A stretch of DNA of 64,000 bases from Tubulanus polymorphus (GCF_964204645.1 NC_134026.1:24586150-24650149); one strand, 5' to 3'. Shown: positions 11,566 to 25,600, numbered from the stretch's first letter. Program-made: numbers and translations. Notes: generated by a model not told the origin, from the letters alone.

Positions 11566-14500
11566 TTAACGGCATTCCCAAACTTTCACTATCGGGTCTA
11601 CGCTACCAGAGATCACATATGGCGCCGACTTGTGGAAATCTGCAATGAACATAGAGAGAATAAGTGTGAGAACAGCGCACAAACTGGAGCCAGAGCCAGT
11701 TAGAAATTTGACTTTTACCCTGAAAAAGCAACAATCATTTTCTATTAATTAATCACATATTTCGAGTTCCCAATCCTAATCACAAATATAGCGTTAATAT
11801 GACATTCATAAATGCGTACCTAATGAAGTCACAAAATGTTGATGAGCATCAAGAGTTTTTTGGTTACGTCTGTTCTTGATGTCCCAAACTCGTAGTGTTT
11901 TGTCATCTGATGCACTGATTATAAAATTTCCACCGGGATGAAATACTAATCCTCGTACCCAATTGTCATGACCAACCTATGTATAATAAGAATGTTTGCT
12001 TCATTCACTTTCAAAAATATAATACTCAATAAATAATGATAAGTTGATTGGCTTTGGTGAAACTGATGCTTGTGGGTAAGAGGTGGACTCACCAGAGTGA
12101 ATAAGCAGACTGATACACTAACATCCCAAACTTTTATAGTCTTATCTCTCGAACCGGAAATTAAGAATGGGCCAGCTTGGTCTTTTTTCTTAACCTGAAA
12201 GTAAACAGACAGCATTTACATTCATTAGTTGATTTTAACAGACAAATAATCTAATCTAATTCGGTTGAAGAATAAAACCACCAATCAAAGAAAATATGTA
12301 AGAAGATTTTGACGTTTCAAATGCTATGAGCCATTTTCCAAAACCTATCTTTTTGAAAATGGCCTATACTTTTTGAGTTGAAACATCAACTGAAATTGTG
12401 GGTTTTATTTTCCTCGGGGGGTTAGTATCAAATGATTCAACGTTGACATGTATAATGGGGAACCGGCACAGATGGTGCCACTGAGATATCAGACGCACTC
12501 GATCAAAATTAGTTCATTTTCAAGTAACTTTGATCTCAATTTTCGGTCTTCCAAAAATTGGGCAAATCACGTATGGAAATAAACTCTGATTAGTCATTAG
12601 AGTTCAAATGTGCCACGATTTTCATGTATCATGCATAGAATTTGAGAAATTATTGTTAGATTTTAATCGAGTTTGAGAAGAAATTCAGCGTCTATGTCGT
12701 ATTGTACACTAGCAAACCTGGCGGATTATGTTGGAATCCCGCTTGCAACAGCAGCGTTGCTGGTACCCCATCCCCGGCACATACAATACTTACATCATTA
12801 CCAGCAGCTTCAATGATAGAAGAATGGGCTGATTGTGGAGCCCAAGCGACGCATTCTACGACATGGTCGTGTTCTCTTAGTTCAACTTTGCATTCTCTCG
12901 TTGCTACTACCCAGACTCGAACAGTCTTAAAATCAAATAACAAACGAATTCAAGCTTAGATTAATCATATAGATCGGGAAATGCAATTGCGTGCAGATAG
13001 CACCAACGTACCTGGTCGTTTGAACAACTAGCTAACAAAGATCCGTCTTGATTGACTCGTACCATCCGAACCCATTCTCGATGACCGGTAAAGGTTGCAA
13101 TACAATATCTATGAATATAAATAGGGCACTGATTAGAATATAAAGGATTGACTATTTCACATCTAAGCATCAACAAGATGAAAAGTCGGTAAACTTACCC
13201 AGTAGCTACAGCCCACATTTTTATAGTTTTATCTCTAGATGCTGACACTATGTGATCTCCGCTAGGCATGAATGCAACACTGGATACATTATGGTCATGA
13301 CCTAATAATTTGAATGTATAATGAAGATTAAACATCTAATGGGCGATGAACTTTTTCATGAAAGATACCCCTCGTAATCAATCACTTACCATGCATTGTT
13401 TTTACACATTCATAAGCTTGGAAATCCCATAATTTCACTGTCATATCAGCCGAACAAGATACTGCAATGTAATAAATTAAAACAATTTTGAATAGATTTA
13501 AAACTGCATTACAAGGTTTAAATAGAAACAGATTTACAATTATTTCTTTGCCATACCAAGATATTTGCCAGTGTGGTCAAATGCAATGTCTTGAACAGAG
13601 TCCGTATGTCCTTTTAGAGTTCGTTCGTAGTCACCACTTTCATAATCCCATATCTGCACAGAAAAGATACATTTAAACATATTGAGCTGAATACTAAAGA
13701 AATATAATATCATAACTATGTCATGATCAAGACTGAACTCACTTTAATAGTTGCATCTTCACTACAAGAGACCATCAAAGCATAAGTTGGGTGAAATATG
13801 ACCCTTGATACTGGACTTCTGTGTCCACTTAAAGCATATTTCTCAGGAGGTCGTGGAATCCATTCAGTAGGCTTCCGTTTATCTCTAGTCGGTCCACCGG
13901 AATTAATTTCTCTTTCAGCTTCTGATAATCTTGACTCCAAGTCCATAACCTACAATTACACATGCTCACATTTAAGCTATCTGATCACCTGCTACCAGTA
14001 AGCAGTTTAATAATACCGTATGCATTCAAAAAAGAACAGGATTGATAAATTTGGAATCATTTTTACCTTTTTCTGCAACCGGATGACTGAAGTCCATTTT
14101 TTCTCTAGTAGACCAGCATATTTCTTCTCAATTTCACCACCCTGGAATAAATTTTTTACCAAATGCATTGTTTATGTACCCATTTCAATTCAATTTCAAT
14201 TTGTTTCCATTACACTATACACTAGACAATTGAAAGGTTACCTTAACAGAAATCAATATGTCAGAATAAGATTGAGTTGACTCATGGCAGACAATTAAAA
14301 AACCAATAGAACAGTTTCAAAAACCGATAGAGAACAATGCCACATTTCATTCATTTATTCAAAATATCAGTGTAGTAATTGATGTCAAGTAAAGAACCCT
14401 CAACAAGCATCAGATATTTGATAACTAATATGAAGTGTTAAGTGGTGTTTTTAGTCAGCAATCAGAGCTAGGAAACTACAATCGTTATGTGTTTTAGGTA

Positions 14501-15989
14501 CAAGGTTGTTATGTCAGCCGGTTTCAAGAGGCAACTAGCCTTTGAGCTGGTTGTCATGGAAACAAGGAATTCGGCATAAGTAATGATGTCTCGCCAGGAG
14601 AAACCAATATAATGCAACCGAGGAGTTAGTATTAAATACGGTAGACAGGAGATCTGTCTGGCTTACATTGATCTGTTCATTCATAGAAAAACAACTATTT
14701 CCTGGCATATAAATAACTGTGTCGTAAGAATTTCAATATCAAGGTTAGGAAACACTTTGATGATACAGTGATCTAATTCTTTCCTAAAGGGAACACTTAC
14801 CATGTTAGCTTCATTTTGGAATTCACCCAAAGCACTTTTATATCCATTTTGAAAAAGGTAGTCGGCTATTGCCTTGTTTCTGAAACAAATTATAGTATAT
14901 AATCTGAAAACTCAAAGGTATAAAAGTTGTTTGATGTTATATTTTTTCAAACTAACAGGGCCTGGTTCCACAGTTCTGATATAAGATTTGACTGTGAGGG
15001 AACTCATTGAAAATCTAAACTAAATTTTCACTATAGAGCTATCTTAAACTTAGAACTGTGGAACTAGGACCAGGGTCTTGATAAGATTTAATTAGAAACG
15101 ACTTTTATTGCATTTTTTCATAAGGCATATCTTCATTTGCAAGTACAGAAATATTGTAAACCTTTTACAACTTTATTTTCTAATGGAATGGCTACCTTAT
15201 ATTGCAACTAATGAGAATGAATCAAATCTGATTCATAAAATCACCTTAACTTATGTACGTTTAAGCTGGTACTAAATGTAGTGGTGCTCAGCTAACACAA
15301 TCAAAGTGAGCAGAATTACAGACGGTCAATGATATCATATCATCATCAACTCAATGATAACTAGTAACTATCTATTATATATTCCTCTAGTGCAGGGAAA
15401 TAACAGGGGCAATACATGATATGCAAATAGCATAGCACTTTTATTACTATCGAATAATTATATACTTGATGGATTTAAGAAATTTAAGCAGAATGCACAG
15501 ACCAAATTATCTAATCAATCATAATGGAACCTTCTTTCCATTAGTCAAAAAGTTACATGATACATTTCATAATCAAATCTGATGTCATTCACTTTATATG
15601 TTAACACGAAACCAGTAGAATAGGAATGGTGTATTTCTAGGTTCCAATATGGCCACCAATCAGTCGATCAACATCGAAATTGAGCCATACATGTCATAAC
15701 AAACCCCCTATTGGATGGGAACACACGATACATTCATGAAATATCAAATCTTTTTCCGATGGAAATATACTTCATTGAGGCTTCTTCAGAAAATGATACT
15801 AGTTGACAACAATAATTGAATACCGATGACACTATCTATCAGAAGGCCAGGTAAATTTTAAAATAAAACATTTAACATTTTAAATAAATCATCACAAGTG
15901 TTTGCCAAAGGACTATTTACTGTAGAAAAACAAATGAGTAATGCTGTAGTTACTTACAATTCATCTCTTTGTCGTTGTGAAAGAACCAT
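11566..15989 (-). CDS. PAFAH1B1: Lissencephaly-1 homolog (LIS1), LisH + WD40, multi-exon
   Basis: [114 protein letters not shown]. Confidence 0.97.
14550..14563. promoter_or_regulatory. RFX X-box in a LIS1 intron
   Basis: GTTGTCATGGAAAC fits the GTNNYY-AT-RRNAAC X-box consensus. Confidence 0.5.
14959..15070. mobile_element. Small MITE, PIF/Harbinger-like, in a LIS1 intron
   Basis: TIR GGCCTGGTTCCACAGTTCT..TAAGAT / ATCTTA..AGAACTGTGGAACTAGGAC, with the 3-bp direct repeat CAG on both sides (14956-14958, 15071-15073). Confidence 0.7.
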
Positions 15990-16689
15990 TTTTATGGTAT
16001 TCTTGTAATGATTCAGAAATCTACTTTTTAATTCACAAAAAGCACCAACGAAATGTTTGATCTTTATTCATCAATCGGATCACACACTAAAACCATGTTG
16101 TCATCGTCGTTCTGAAAAATAAAATAACAGCTACACATTAGCATTCGATAGTTCTATTACCGGAGTATTCACAGCATTGGGCATCTTCAGTATGGACCAG
16201 GTCTCCAGGAGCTGAGGATATCTAATTTCCAGAGATCTGCATGATCTCTATGGGCATTCTTAAATGCTCCTACTAAACTCACGATCAATCGAAACTTTGA
16301 TTTTCTGGGGTAAAAAACACGTGTATGGTTCCGTACGAATAGCCTTCACAGTAATCCGTACGATTCCGTACCGTACGGAGAGCCACTTAGTACTTATTGT
16401 GAATTATGTCGTTCGATCGATGAGAAAATGTATCCCCTACGCAAGAGTAGAACCTTTTGATTTACTGCATATAAGTCATGTGCTGTACGAACTGAGCCAT
16501 TCGAATCATTAGCTGTTATGTTTTAAGTTACTATTCCTTATTATAACAGATGAGGTGAAATGTTTTCGGACCTTAGTTGGACCATGTCATTTTCGAATAA
16601 GGAAATAGCCGTTGCACCAGCTCACGCTGATGCCTATCAGCATAGGCCTACAGTAACGGCTGAGTTACTCGGCTTAGCAACGTTATCAA

Positions 16690-16900
16690 TGAATTCAATT
16701 CAATTCAATATTTATTTCACGGAAAAGCAGAACAATCAAATCATAAGAAAGCTAAACAAATTTAAAAAAGAACGAGAAAATAAAAAAAATTTACAAATGT
16801 CATAGCGCGCTTTTCCATGTGGGCCTTGCAAAGCCTTTTAAAGGCCGCTAACGCAGGCACCCAATGAAAGAGAGAGAATAAATAAGAAGACAGAGAGAAA
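16690..16900 (-). mobile_element. Possible 3' tail remnant of a LINE/SINE (CR1/L2-type)
   Basis: The minus strand reads a GC-richer segment, then AATAAATATTGAATTGAATTGAATTC (poly-A signal followed by a short tandem tail). No ORF to confirm it. Confidence 0.3.
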
Positions 16901-17614
16901 AAAGGAACAGATGAGCTCGTGCTTGAGAGAATTTATAAGTACAGTAGAATGGTTTAGGGAATACTTGTATCGTTATAATAATGAGACACTAAGTTGATGT
17001 AATAATGATATACAGATATATCTCAGACTCAATCTGTTGAATTGTTATGGAAAAAGAGAACGCTAGAACGCTTGGACGATGACAGCAGGTCAAATCATGA
17101 CTAGGCTAGAAATCAACAACTAAATCTCAATAACCGTTTAACTGACAGGCCTTTTAGGGTCAATCCCCTTCTTTCAGACAGAGTAGTCAGTGAGTAGACA
17201 CCTCTTTTCCACACGTCATGTCAATAATGTGTAGAACTACATACAAGTCTTATGCGGAGAGGGCTTCACTATTCAAATAACGCACTCGACGAACAACAGT
17301 TTGCATGCAAAGATTCTGTGAAATCTAGCAGGTACAGTTTTAATCATTGAGAGATAATTTTGAATGATAGATAGTCTGTGGCAAAACCGCCATGATTTTT
17401 AACGAAAATTGCCATGTTGGAAGCAGAGAGTTTTAGGCCAATAAAACATTTTCTCACGGAATTTTCGTGGGTTTTTCATCAATAACAGATCGAGAGTTAT
17501 ACTGACTTTTTCTACAAATCAAATACGTTATCCTTTCCGTGCAATAAGGAAGAAATTAGGAAATTCCAACACGTTGAAAACTTCCCTACAAAAATATCGA
17601 AACCACTACGCATA

Positions 17615-17680
17615 CGTACTGCGCAGACTAGGCGAGATCTCGCGCGATACAGCGAGATTCAAAATGGCCGCGCCCACAGT
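17615..17680. promoter_or_regulatory. CpG-rich core of the LIS1/METTL16 bidirectional promoter
   Basis: Local CpG cluster with NRF1-like CTGCGCAG, TCTCGCG-type motif GATCTCGCGCGAT and YY1-like CAAAATGGCCG. Splice donor ACG|GTGAGT at 17749. Confidence 0.6.
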
Positions 17681-18100
17681 ACCGCGAAATGAAAAAATCT
17701 AGAAAAAACGTATTTAAATCGTATTTATTAGACTCAAAGAAGGCCACGGTGAGTGGTAACATTTTTGAAATTACACTCGTTAGTGGGGTTTTGAAGAATT
17801 GCCCGTAAAAAAATATATTTGATTCTATCCATCTAAATTATCCCAAAATGACCACAAATAATTCATATTTCAAAATAATTAGGGCCTAAAAATTTGCATT
17901 ACTTAATATCAATCTGTCAAAAAAGAGCAGAACAGTTCACATGTCTCCTGTTATATCATCCAATTATGATTATTTCCTTTCTATTTTAATCCAGAGATTT
18001 TTAGGCTAATCATGGGCTAGTAAGCTGGAAAGTTCATCAAAATCATATATTGGAATTTTCTCTTTTTTAGTCTCAGTTTAGAAATACGTTTCAATTCAAG

Positions 18101-20284
18101 ATGGTGGTAATGAACAAGTTTATGCATCCTCGAAATCCATATCGAAAGAAAAAACCTGATTTCAAAGCTCTGGCGATTAAATATAAAGAATTCCGCGACC
18201 ACGCAACGACAAATGAGAACGGAAAGGTTCAAATTGACTTTAAAGATCCTGAATCACTTCGTGCCCTAAGTTGGGCACTACTGAAAGAAGACTTTGGCCT
18301 GGATGTGGAAATGCCTCTGGATCGACTCATACCTACTATTCCTTTGAGGCTGAATTACATTCTCTGGGTTGAAGATATTGTTGGAAGAGACAATGTCAAA
18401 GGAATTGATATTGGTAATTAATCTCGCATCATGGCATCCCGGTGTGTTATGAAGAGATCGTATTGTCAATTTGGTATATATATTTTCAGGATGTGGTTCT
18501 TCCTGTATTTACCCATTACTTGGAGCTAAAATGAATGATTGGAACTTTGTGGCCACAGATGTTGATGGACAGAATATTCACTTTGCTAAGAAAAACATTA
18601 GAAATAATGACCTTGAGAGCAAAATAGAAGGTAATGCAAATAGTAGATAGTAATCTACTAGGATTCTATTAAAACAGGAATGAATGTCTAATACGTATCT
18701 GTGTTTTAGTCATTGAGGTAGGTGACGATGTGCTACTTCATGGTGTTATCAAAGAGCGTTCAGAAAAGTTTGATTTCTGCATGTGCAATCCACCATTCTT
18801 CGCCAATAACTTGGAAGCATACTCTTTAACAACTACTAGAAAACCGGATGAGCGTTCAGAGCCAAATTCGATCAATACAGCTGAAGAGGTTGAAAGTATT
18901 ACTGATGGCGGTGAAATAGCATTTGTAACGAAGATTATTATGGATAGCATTAAATTGAGGGATAAAGTGAAGTAAGGATCAATAGAAAGTGCAATATTCT
19001 TGCACGTAAGCAAAAGAACATTAAATAATTCATTTGGAGTATACATATGTGTGTATATCTGTTTCGTAGGGTGTACACCACGATGCTTGGAAAAAAATCA
19101 AGTGTTGGAAAACTGAAACAGATTTTGGGTGAAAATAAGGTTATTATCACTTAGTTTCGTACTTCTTCATTCTAACTAAAGTGTATTTTGTTAATCTGTA
19201 TTTATCCATTTTATTGACAGATAAAAAATATTTCATCTTATGAATTTGCACAAGGCAAAACAATGAGATACGGTCTGGCTTGGACATTTCATGATGATCT
19301 TAAATTTCCCGTAAGTTTGCTATCTGCTTCTATTATTATTCATGATGATCTGACTATTAGCCGCATTCACACTATTGCTAGTAAGTCCATTCTTATTTGG
19401 CCCATACCTGGAATAGACGAACTATGTGTTTAGAAGAGACCAAATCAATGCTGTGCATTGACACAGGTTTTTAAATCAGCTGTTTTCACTGGTCCAGCTT
19501 GAGGCAACGTCACTAAATTCAGAATATTCTGAATAACAGATTACGAACAGAGCTATTCAATACAGGTACTCTCAATACAATCTTCAATCTTACAGGTCTC
19601 GCCTTTTCAAGAAAGTAAGGTAAAAGGTGATCCAAAGTACTGCTACATTGTCCCAGACACGGTGAAGTCTATCGAATACTCGGTTGAAAAAATTGGCAAG
19701 AAATTGGAAGATATCTTGAAAACACTACAGGTATGAATATTTTCAAAATAGATCTCTCATTTATACTTTATAGTATGTAGCCTACTCATCTAATATTATT
19801 TACTTTCCAGATAACAACTTTTGTTCTGATGACGAACAAGTTCGTGTGGAGCGTTGAAGGAAGAGCTTTTCAAAATACGTGGTCTCATCAGCGCCGAAAA
19901 AGACGTCAAGGAATGACACAAAATAGTTCAAAAATCGCAAAAACTGATCTCGCACAAAAACCATGTGATTGTGAAATAAATGTGAACGATAAGAAAACGG
20001 AATCCGTGGATGTCAATCTTAATCGAAACGTATCCCCAGATTTGCCAAAAAAGAATGAAATTAGTCCCAAGTCTGATTCTACCGCCGAATGTCCAAAAGG
20101 CAAAAAAGTCTCCATTGCTCATCCTAGTGCATCTACAGCAAATCCTGTAGAGTATTTGATAGTGTTTTGGTTAACAGTGCGAAAAAAACAAGACTCAATC
20201 GAAGTTGAAATACAATGGCGTGATGGAAAACAGAAGGAATGTTTGCATCAAATATTGCAGCACATTAAAAATCAATTAGTTTAA
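18101..20284 (+). CDS. METTL16: U6 snRNA/mRNA m6A methyltransferase METTL16, about 7 coding exons
   Basis: MNKFMHPRNPY..PDFKALA..LLKEDFGL..RLIPTIPLRLNYILWVED..GIDIG/CGSSCIYPLLG..FDFCMCNPPFF..GGEIAFV..YTTMLGKK..QGKTMRYGLAWTF..NTWSHQRRKRR. Confidence 0.96.
19336..19536 (+). ncRNA. Candidate intronic box C/D snoRNA/scaRNA (~195 nt)
   Basis: In the unusually long METTL16 intron 19311-19595: box C ATGATGA (19342-19348), box D CTGA (19529-19532), terminal TTAT/ATAA stem, box D ~63 nt from the 3' splice site. No convincing guide target found. Confidence 0.4.
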
Positions 20285-22690
20285 GTTAAAAAATTTTGTT
20301 TTGTTAAGTTTCTCGTTGCATAAGGATGTATTTGTCTGAACATGGAAAGAGCATTTTCCCTGGTGCCTTTACTTCACAGCTTGTTCCGGAACAATTTTGT
20401 TTCCACTGATTTGCCTCCCACTTACAAGCTAAGGCTAAACAAAAAGGATACCTTGTTTTCCTAATTGGTCCAGTCGTTTTGTAAAATGCAATAAAATTTA
20501 GTCGGTCCTTTCTATAGCTGCTGGGTGTATTCTGGTTAGCTTGATCACATGATTTTGAAAAAAAAAAGTAATGTACAGGGTAGATTGGTGGCCAGCCGGG
20601 TCCACTTTTAAGCCAAGCAGAAAGGAGAAAAAAGGTATCAATTTTTTTTAGCCCTGGTCTGGACTCCTGAGACGCAAAATACAGTAACACGATAAAGAAG
20701 TCGCCATTGATCGTAATGATTTTTTATTTTATTAATAATCATTCCACACACTAATTTATCAAACAGCACCTCTCCCACAAAGAATACACAATCTTTTGCC
20801 AATATGTGCAGTTGTAGCAACTAAGATGAATTTAATGAAGGCTTTTTTAAATTTTAAGAAAAATTATTTACAGTATGTTAGTAATTACCAGGTATGGCTC
20901 AACAATCAATCAAACAATTAACAGTAGAACGAATTGAAACGATCATCATTCAATGTGGGGCATGCTCATACTAATTAAGAACAGCAGACAATTTAGGACT
21001 AGAGTCAATCAAATATAATATCAATCAAACTTTATATGACTAAATTAAAATTCATCAGTACAAAAACATAACCCCAGTCTGTGATATCTCTGCTGTAAGT
21101 CAACTATCATATTCTTATTCATTCAAGATGATACTATGCGTATCAATCATTAATAATATCATAAGGTTGTGATTAATTTTACTTTCATTAATGTAATACT
21201 TAATAATAAGAATAATCAGATTTCTAATACTTCCGCAGTTCCGCTGTGTGCTATCATAATCGTATTGAATAATTCTCTGGGGGAAGAGGTAAGCCTCTAA
21301 CTCAGTGTACATGTGCAAGCGCGTGGCTAGAGGAAGTTCATCCGTATGAACGAATAGACATTTTTGAAATAAGTTTAATACCGGTTTAATACAGTTGTAT
21401 AACATTAAAATCTGCTCATGTATACAATTCAATAGCCCGTCTATATCCATAAGGCAAAAGATGATGATGCTATATGTATATGAAACAACCCCCTCTTCTA
21501 ATATTTCTAGCTACGGGCTTGATGTAGTGTAGAATATAAGCTGGCTCTAAAAAACATTCTTAAACTACACAAGCATAGGGGTCTTATCCCCTGGAAAAGT
21601 AAAGTAGAAAGCAAACAAACTCATCTTCATCGATCATTCATGTACTTTTAAAACAGTTCACAGGAAAAATGTACACACTAATTCTCACACTAATTATTGG
21701 GATAGCTTCACTGAATCTGCCATGGACTGAAACCTGCATATCCAAAAATAAATTCAATTTGAGATCTTGACACTTTGATGACCCTTAACTCATAAATAAT
21801 ATTTAGACCATAATTAAGGTTAAATGGTATCATTCAATAGCAATTTTCACAAGTAATAAATTCCACACGTATCAATGGGTATTAATTTAGCACATTTCTT
21901 CAACTTGGAAGCAACATTATCTCGTTATTCTGGTTTAGTAATTTAACATTTGTTCAGTTTTTTTAAATATATTTACATTGGCACAATTATTATCAACACA
22001 GGAGAGTGCATACTTGTGTCACAAAATGATATATAATCAATATAAATCATTAATGATGAAAGCCCAGTATAAATGAGTCCACTTTCACGGATCAACTTGG
22101 GTACACATTCTATCAGCAAAATCTAAGACTGAAGAAATATTAAGCTTCAAAAACCTAAGAAGCACGGTAGTTTTGCATAAAGGCTTTCAACAATTTATAA
22201 TAAATTATACCGAGAATGCGAGATCAATTGATTGAAACTAAAGCATGCTATCGGATCAATGTTTTTCTTATTTTTATCTGTTTTATAAAACCACACGCAA
22301 CTAACAATAATCAAAACCTATCTATATTTGGAATGTTCTAGCTAAGACACACTTGTTCCCTACAGGAAGGAGTCAACAATTCGTCTACAGGCCATCAAAC
22401 TACAAGGGTCATAATATTACTTTGAAGTACCAGGGTAAGCCATGATTGGCAAAATCGATGTACTGGTAAACTTTCACTAGATGTTAATACATGTATTATC
22501 ATATGTTTTGTTAGTATTTGTGCAGCATATGTAAAGATGAAAAATATTGTTAGCTCTGTCCCACGATCAATTGCTCACACACTCAATTTTAACGTAGTTC
22601 TCATGGCTAAACATTTCCCTGAATAATTCTAACCCGATACAAATTTCTCTAGATCGGTGTACATGAAACTATTTCCCTAAAATTTCATCA

Positions 22691-25600
22691 TTATCTTGCT
22701 GCCTCGCTTTCCACGTCAACACCATTTGAATTGTCATTTTGTGTGCTATCTGCACCGTTATCGGATTTAGTGGTTGGTTGTTCGTCGGCTGTCCCTGCTG
22801 CTTCCTCACTGCCACTAGCTCCGCCCTGCGAAGCAATGATTTGATCCCGCAACTTCTGAATTTCTTGAGGACTGAAATTGTGATGATATCAAGGTTGAGT
22901 TTTAAAATCAACTACATGTACTACACAACCACTAAATGCTTTGATAAAAAATTTTTGCATATACCTTAAATGGACAAAGACTATTCCATTGATTATGTTT
23001 AGTGTTTCGAGGACACTAGCCAAGGATGGTGATTGTATCTGAAAATGTGGAAAAGAACTTCAGTTTTCACTCAAAATGATTTCTGGGAGTAAAATGTACA
23101 AGATTGAAATTGATAATTCTATATAAGCGCACCTGAATTGGAGGGAATCCACCGACACTTTCACCCCGAGATATCTCATCCAATTTCTTCTGAAACACGA
23201 CGGCTTGCTGAGTCAGATGTTTCAAACATTCTGAACTTTCTTGAGTCCGATCGTGTGAATCTCCTAACTGAAATATCAAGCGAAATGCATCAGGTTTTTC
23301 ACTCATTACACTGGGAGTTCATCAATTCTGCTATAAATGTTCACCACAAACTTACAGTATCTTTGTAAATATTGTAGGCAGATTTCTCACTAGCGAACGC
23401 AGTTCGGAAATCACCTCGACAACTGTGAGCTCTCGCTACCAAATGATGACTCATAGCAACTTTTAAGCTGTCGGCACCGTAAAACCTAACAAACAATACA
23501 ACAACAAGTCATAAAAAATAGCTCGACAAATTTGTTTTCATAGTTAATATAACAGGTTTTATATACTTACAGGATATTGAGTTTTAAAGCTTTTTCTAAG
23601 AATTTGAGTGACATTTCATATTCTCCAAGGGCATGTAAGATTAGACCAATATTGCTCTGCAAATGGTGAAGAAAAAAATATCATTCGTGTATACTCAACT
23701 TATGAGACAGATATAGACTGGTACTTGACCAAGAGTATCATGTAACCAGTGATGTACTTACATCAATGAGAGCTATTTCAGGATGAGTGGGACCAGCGCA
23801 AAGCATTGCTAAATAATGAGCTCTGTAGAGCAATTTCAAAGAATTTGTCAGCTGTCCATTGGCAAAGCAGTACAGAGCAAGATGTGACTGAAAAATACAA
23901 AATTCGACAATATCATTCATTGTTCGCTGACTGAAAAGAATTACACAATCTTTGTACTCTACTACGTGTGATTACTCTTTCTAAACAGAAACTTACATAT
24001 TCAGTAATACAAGCGGGATGATCAATACCTAACACTCTTTCACTAATCATCACAGCTCGCTGTTGATACATCAATGCCTATAATGAAATAGAAGAACATA
24101 TCATATCAGTTTTCACGCAAACGATGAGACACAAACATATTTACACCAATGCGCATACCTCATTATGTTCTCCCATGATGTAGTTCAATCTAGCTAGGAG
24201 TTTGTTACATGCTGCAATCTCTGGATGCAGAGGCCCGTAAACGTTATTGAGCAAGTTCAATGATTCGCTGACTAAATCATGTCCTTCTCGCAATAAACCT
24301 TGCTGAATCTTTGCCTGACCACTATTGAAGAAGTTATATGCATCACCAGCCTAAAAATACGAACATTACATGTATCTATCATAACAAGATTATTCAAGAA
24401 AAAGACAGAACCTAGCATATCCCTGTGGTGTTAAGTATTTACCTTAGGATGCAAATGTTTAACAGTCGGGAAGAGGTTCAGTATGTCATCCTCATGGAAC
24501 GTTTGCTTGTGTTTATTATCCATATGATAATCGCGTAGTCTCAGTTGAATTCCCAATTTATGACAAACAGCACGAAGTAAAGCTGGTTTGTACATGCTGT
24601 ATTTCTCAACAGTAGCTTCAAGACTATCTCTGCATAAACAGTAATATATCACATAATAAAAGAGTCAAACACAAAATATTTCTACGAAAACATTGATCAA
24701 TACTTACGTGCCAAGGTTGAATTTGTAATAGCTCTTTACTTCTTCTACTATTTTCCTCCAAAGGGATTTTGATGATTCTAATGCCCAGTCAGTACTTCCT
24801 AAAATCAATACAGAAACAGATGTAACGTGTGACTACCAATCTACACCAAGACAAGAGTGTAGGAAGATGTAATGTCCATCTAAAACTATACAAACCTTGA
24901 CTAGTTACGCTGATGTGTCGGTTCTTTTTCTTATTCTTCTTTTTGTTGCGTCCTTGCAGCTGAAAATGGAACCATTTGGACATGTGATTCATACATATGT
25001 ATTTAACTTAATTATCATAACATACATCCACTATGAAAAGCTCACCTCATCAGCAGCAATCTGACAGGTTATATTTTGACTCGAGCTCAGGTAACAGTTA
25101 AGGAAATGACTAATAGCTGCAGCAAGATTCATCATCTCAACTCCTTCCATGTATGTATTGAACACATGTTTAACTGCCCTAGTAATCATTTCAACCACAC
25201 CAATTGTCTACAAATATAGAAAATAGACTTATGAATTTTTTAGTTTTCTAATGATAAGAGCTAAGAATTGCATTTCTTGGTTACCTTGAGATAGACCAAC
25301 GAAGGGTATTTTTGTAGAATTTCCACAAGTTTTCCAAGATACCTCATATTAATACCCCTAGATAAATCATAAAACCAAAACTTATTATTGGCATGTTTGA
25401 AGGCAATTAAGTTGACTCATCAAACCATCAAAATCACCAACAAACCTTTGATGCATAGCTTCGGTCAATGTTTTTCCATCAATTGGTGAAGTCTGATGTT
25501 CAAGACATTCTTTTACCTATAAAAAACATGAATAAATTACCGTATATCCTGGCCAATAAGCCAATTTTCTGGCTTCAAGATCTGCTTATTGGATGGATAT

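Noticed and set aside
19540-19600. METTL16 target nonamer (UACAGAGAA-type) at METTL16's own 3' splice sites
   Set aside because: The sites read TACAGGTAC, TACAGGTCT and AACAGAGCT, which do not match the consensus.
20304-20690. 128-aa minus-strand ORF after METTL16
   Set aside because: No recognisable domain. It lies in the convergent 3'UTR zone and looks like a repeat remnant, with no paired TIRs found.
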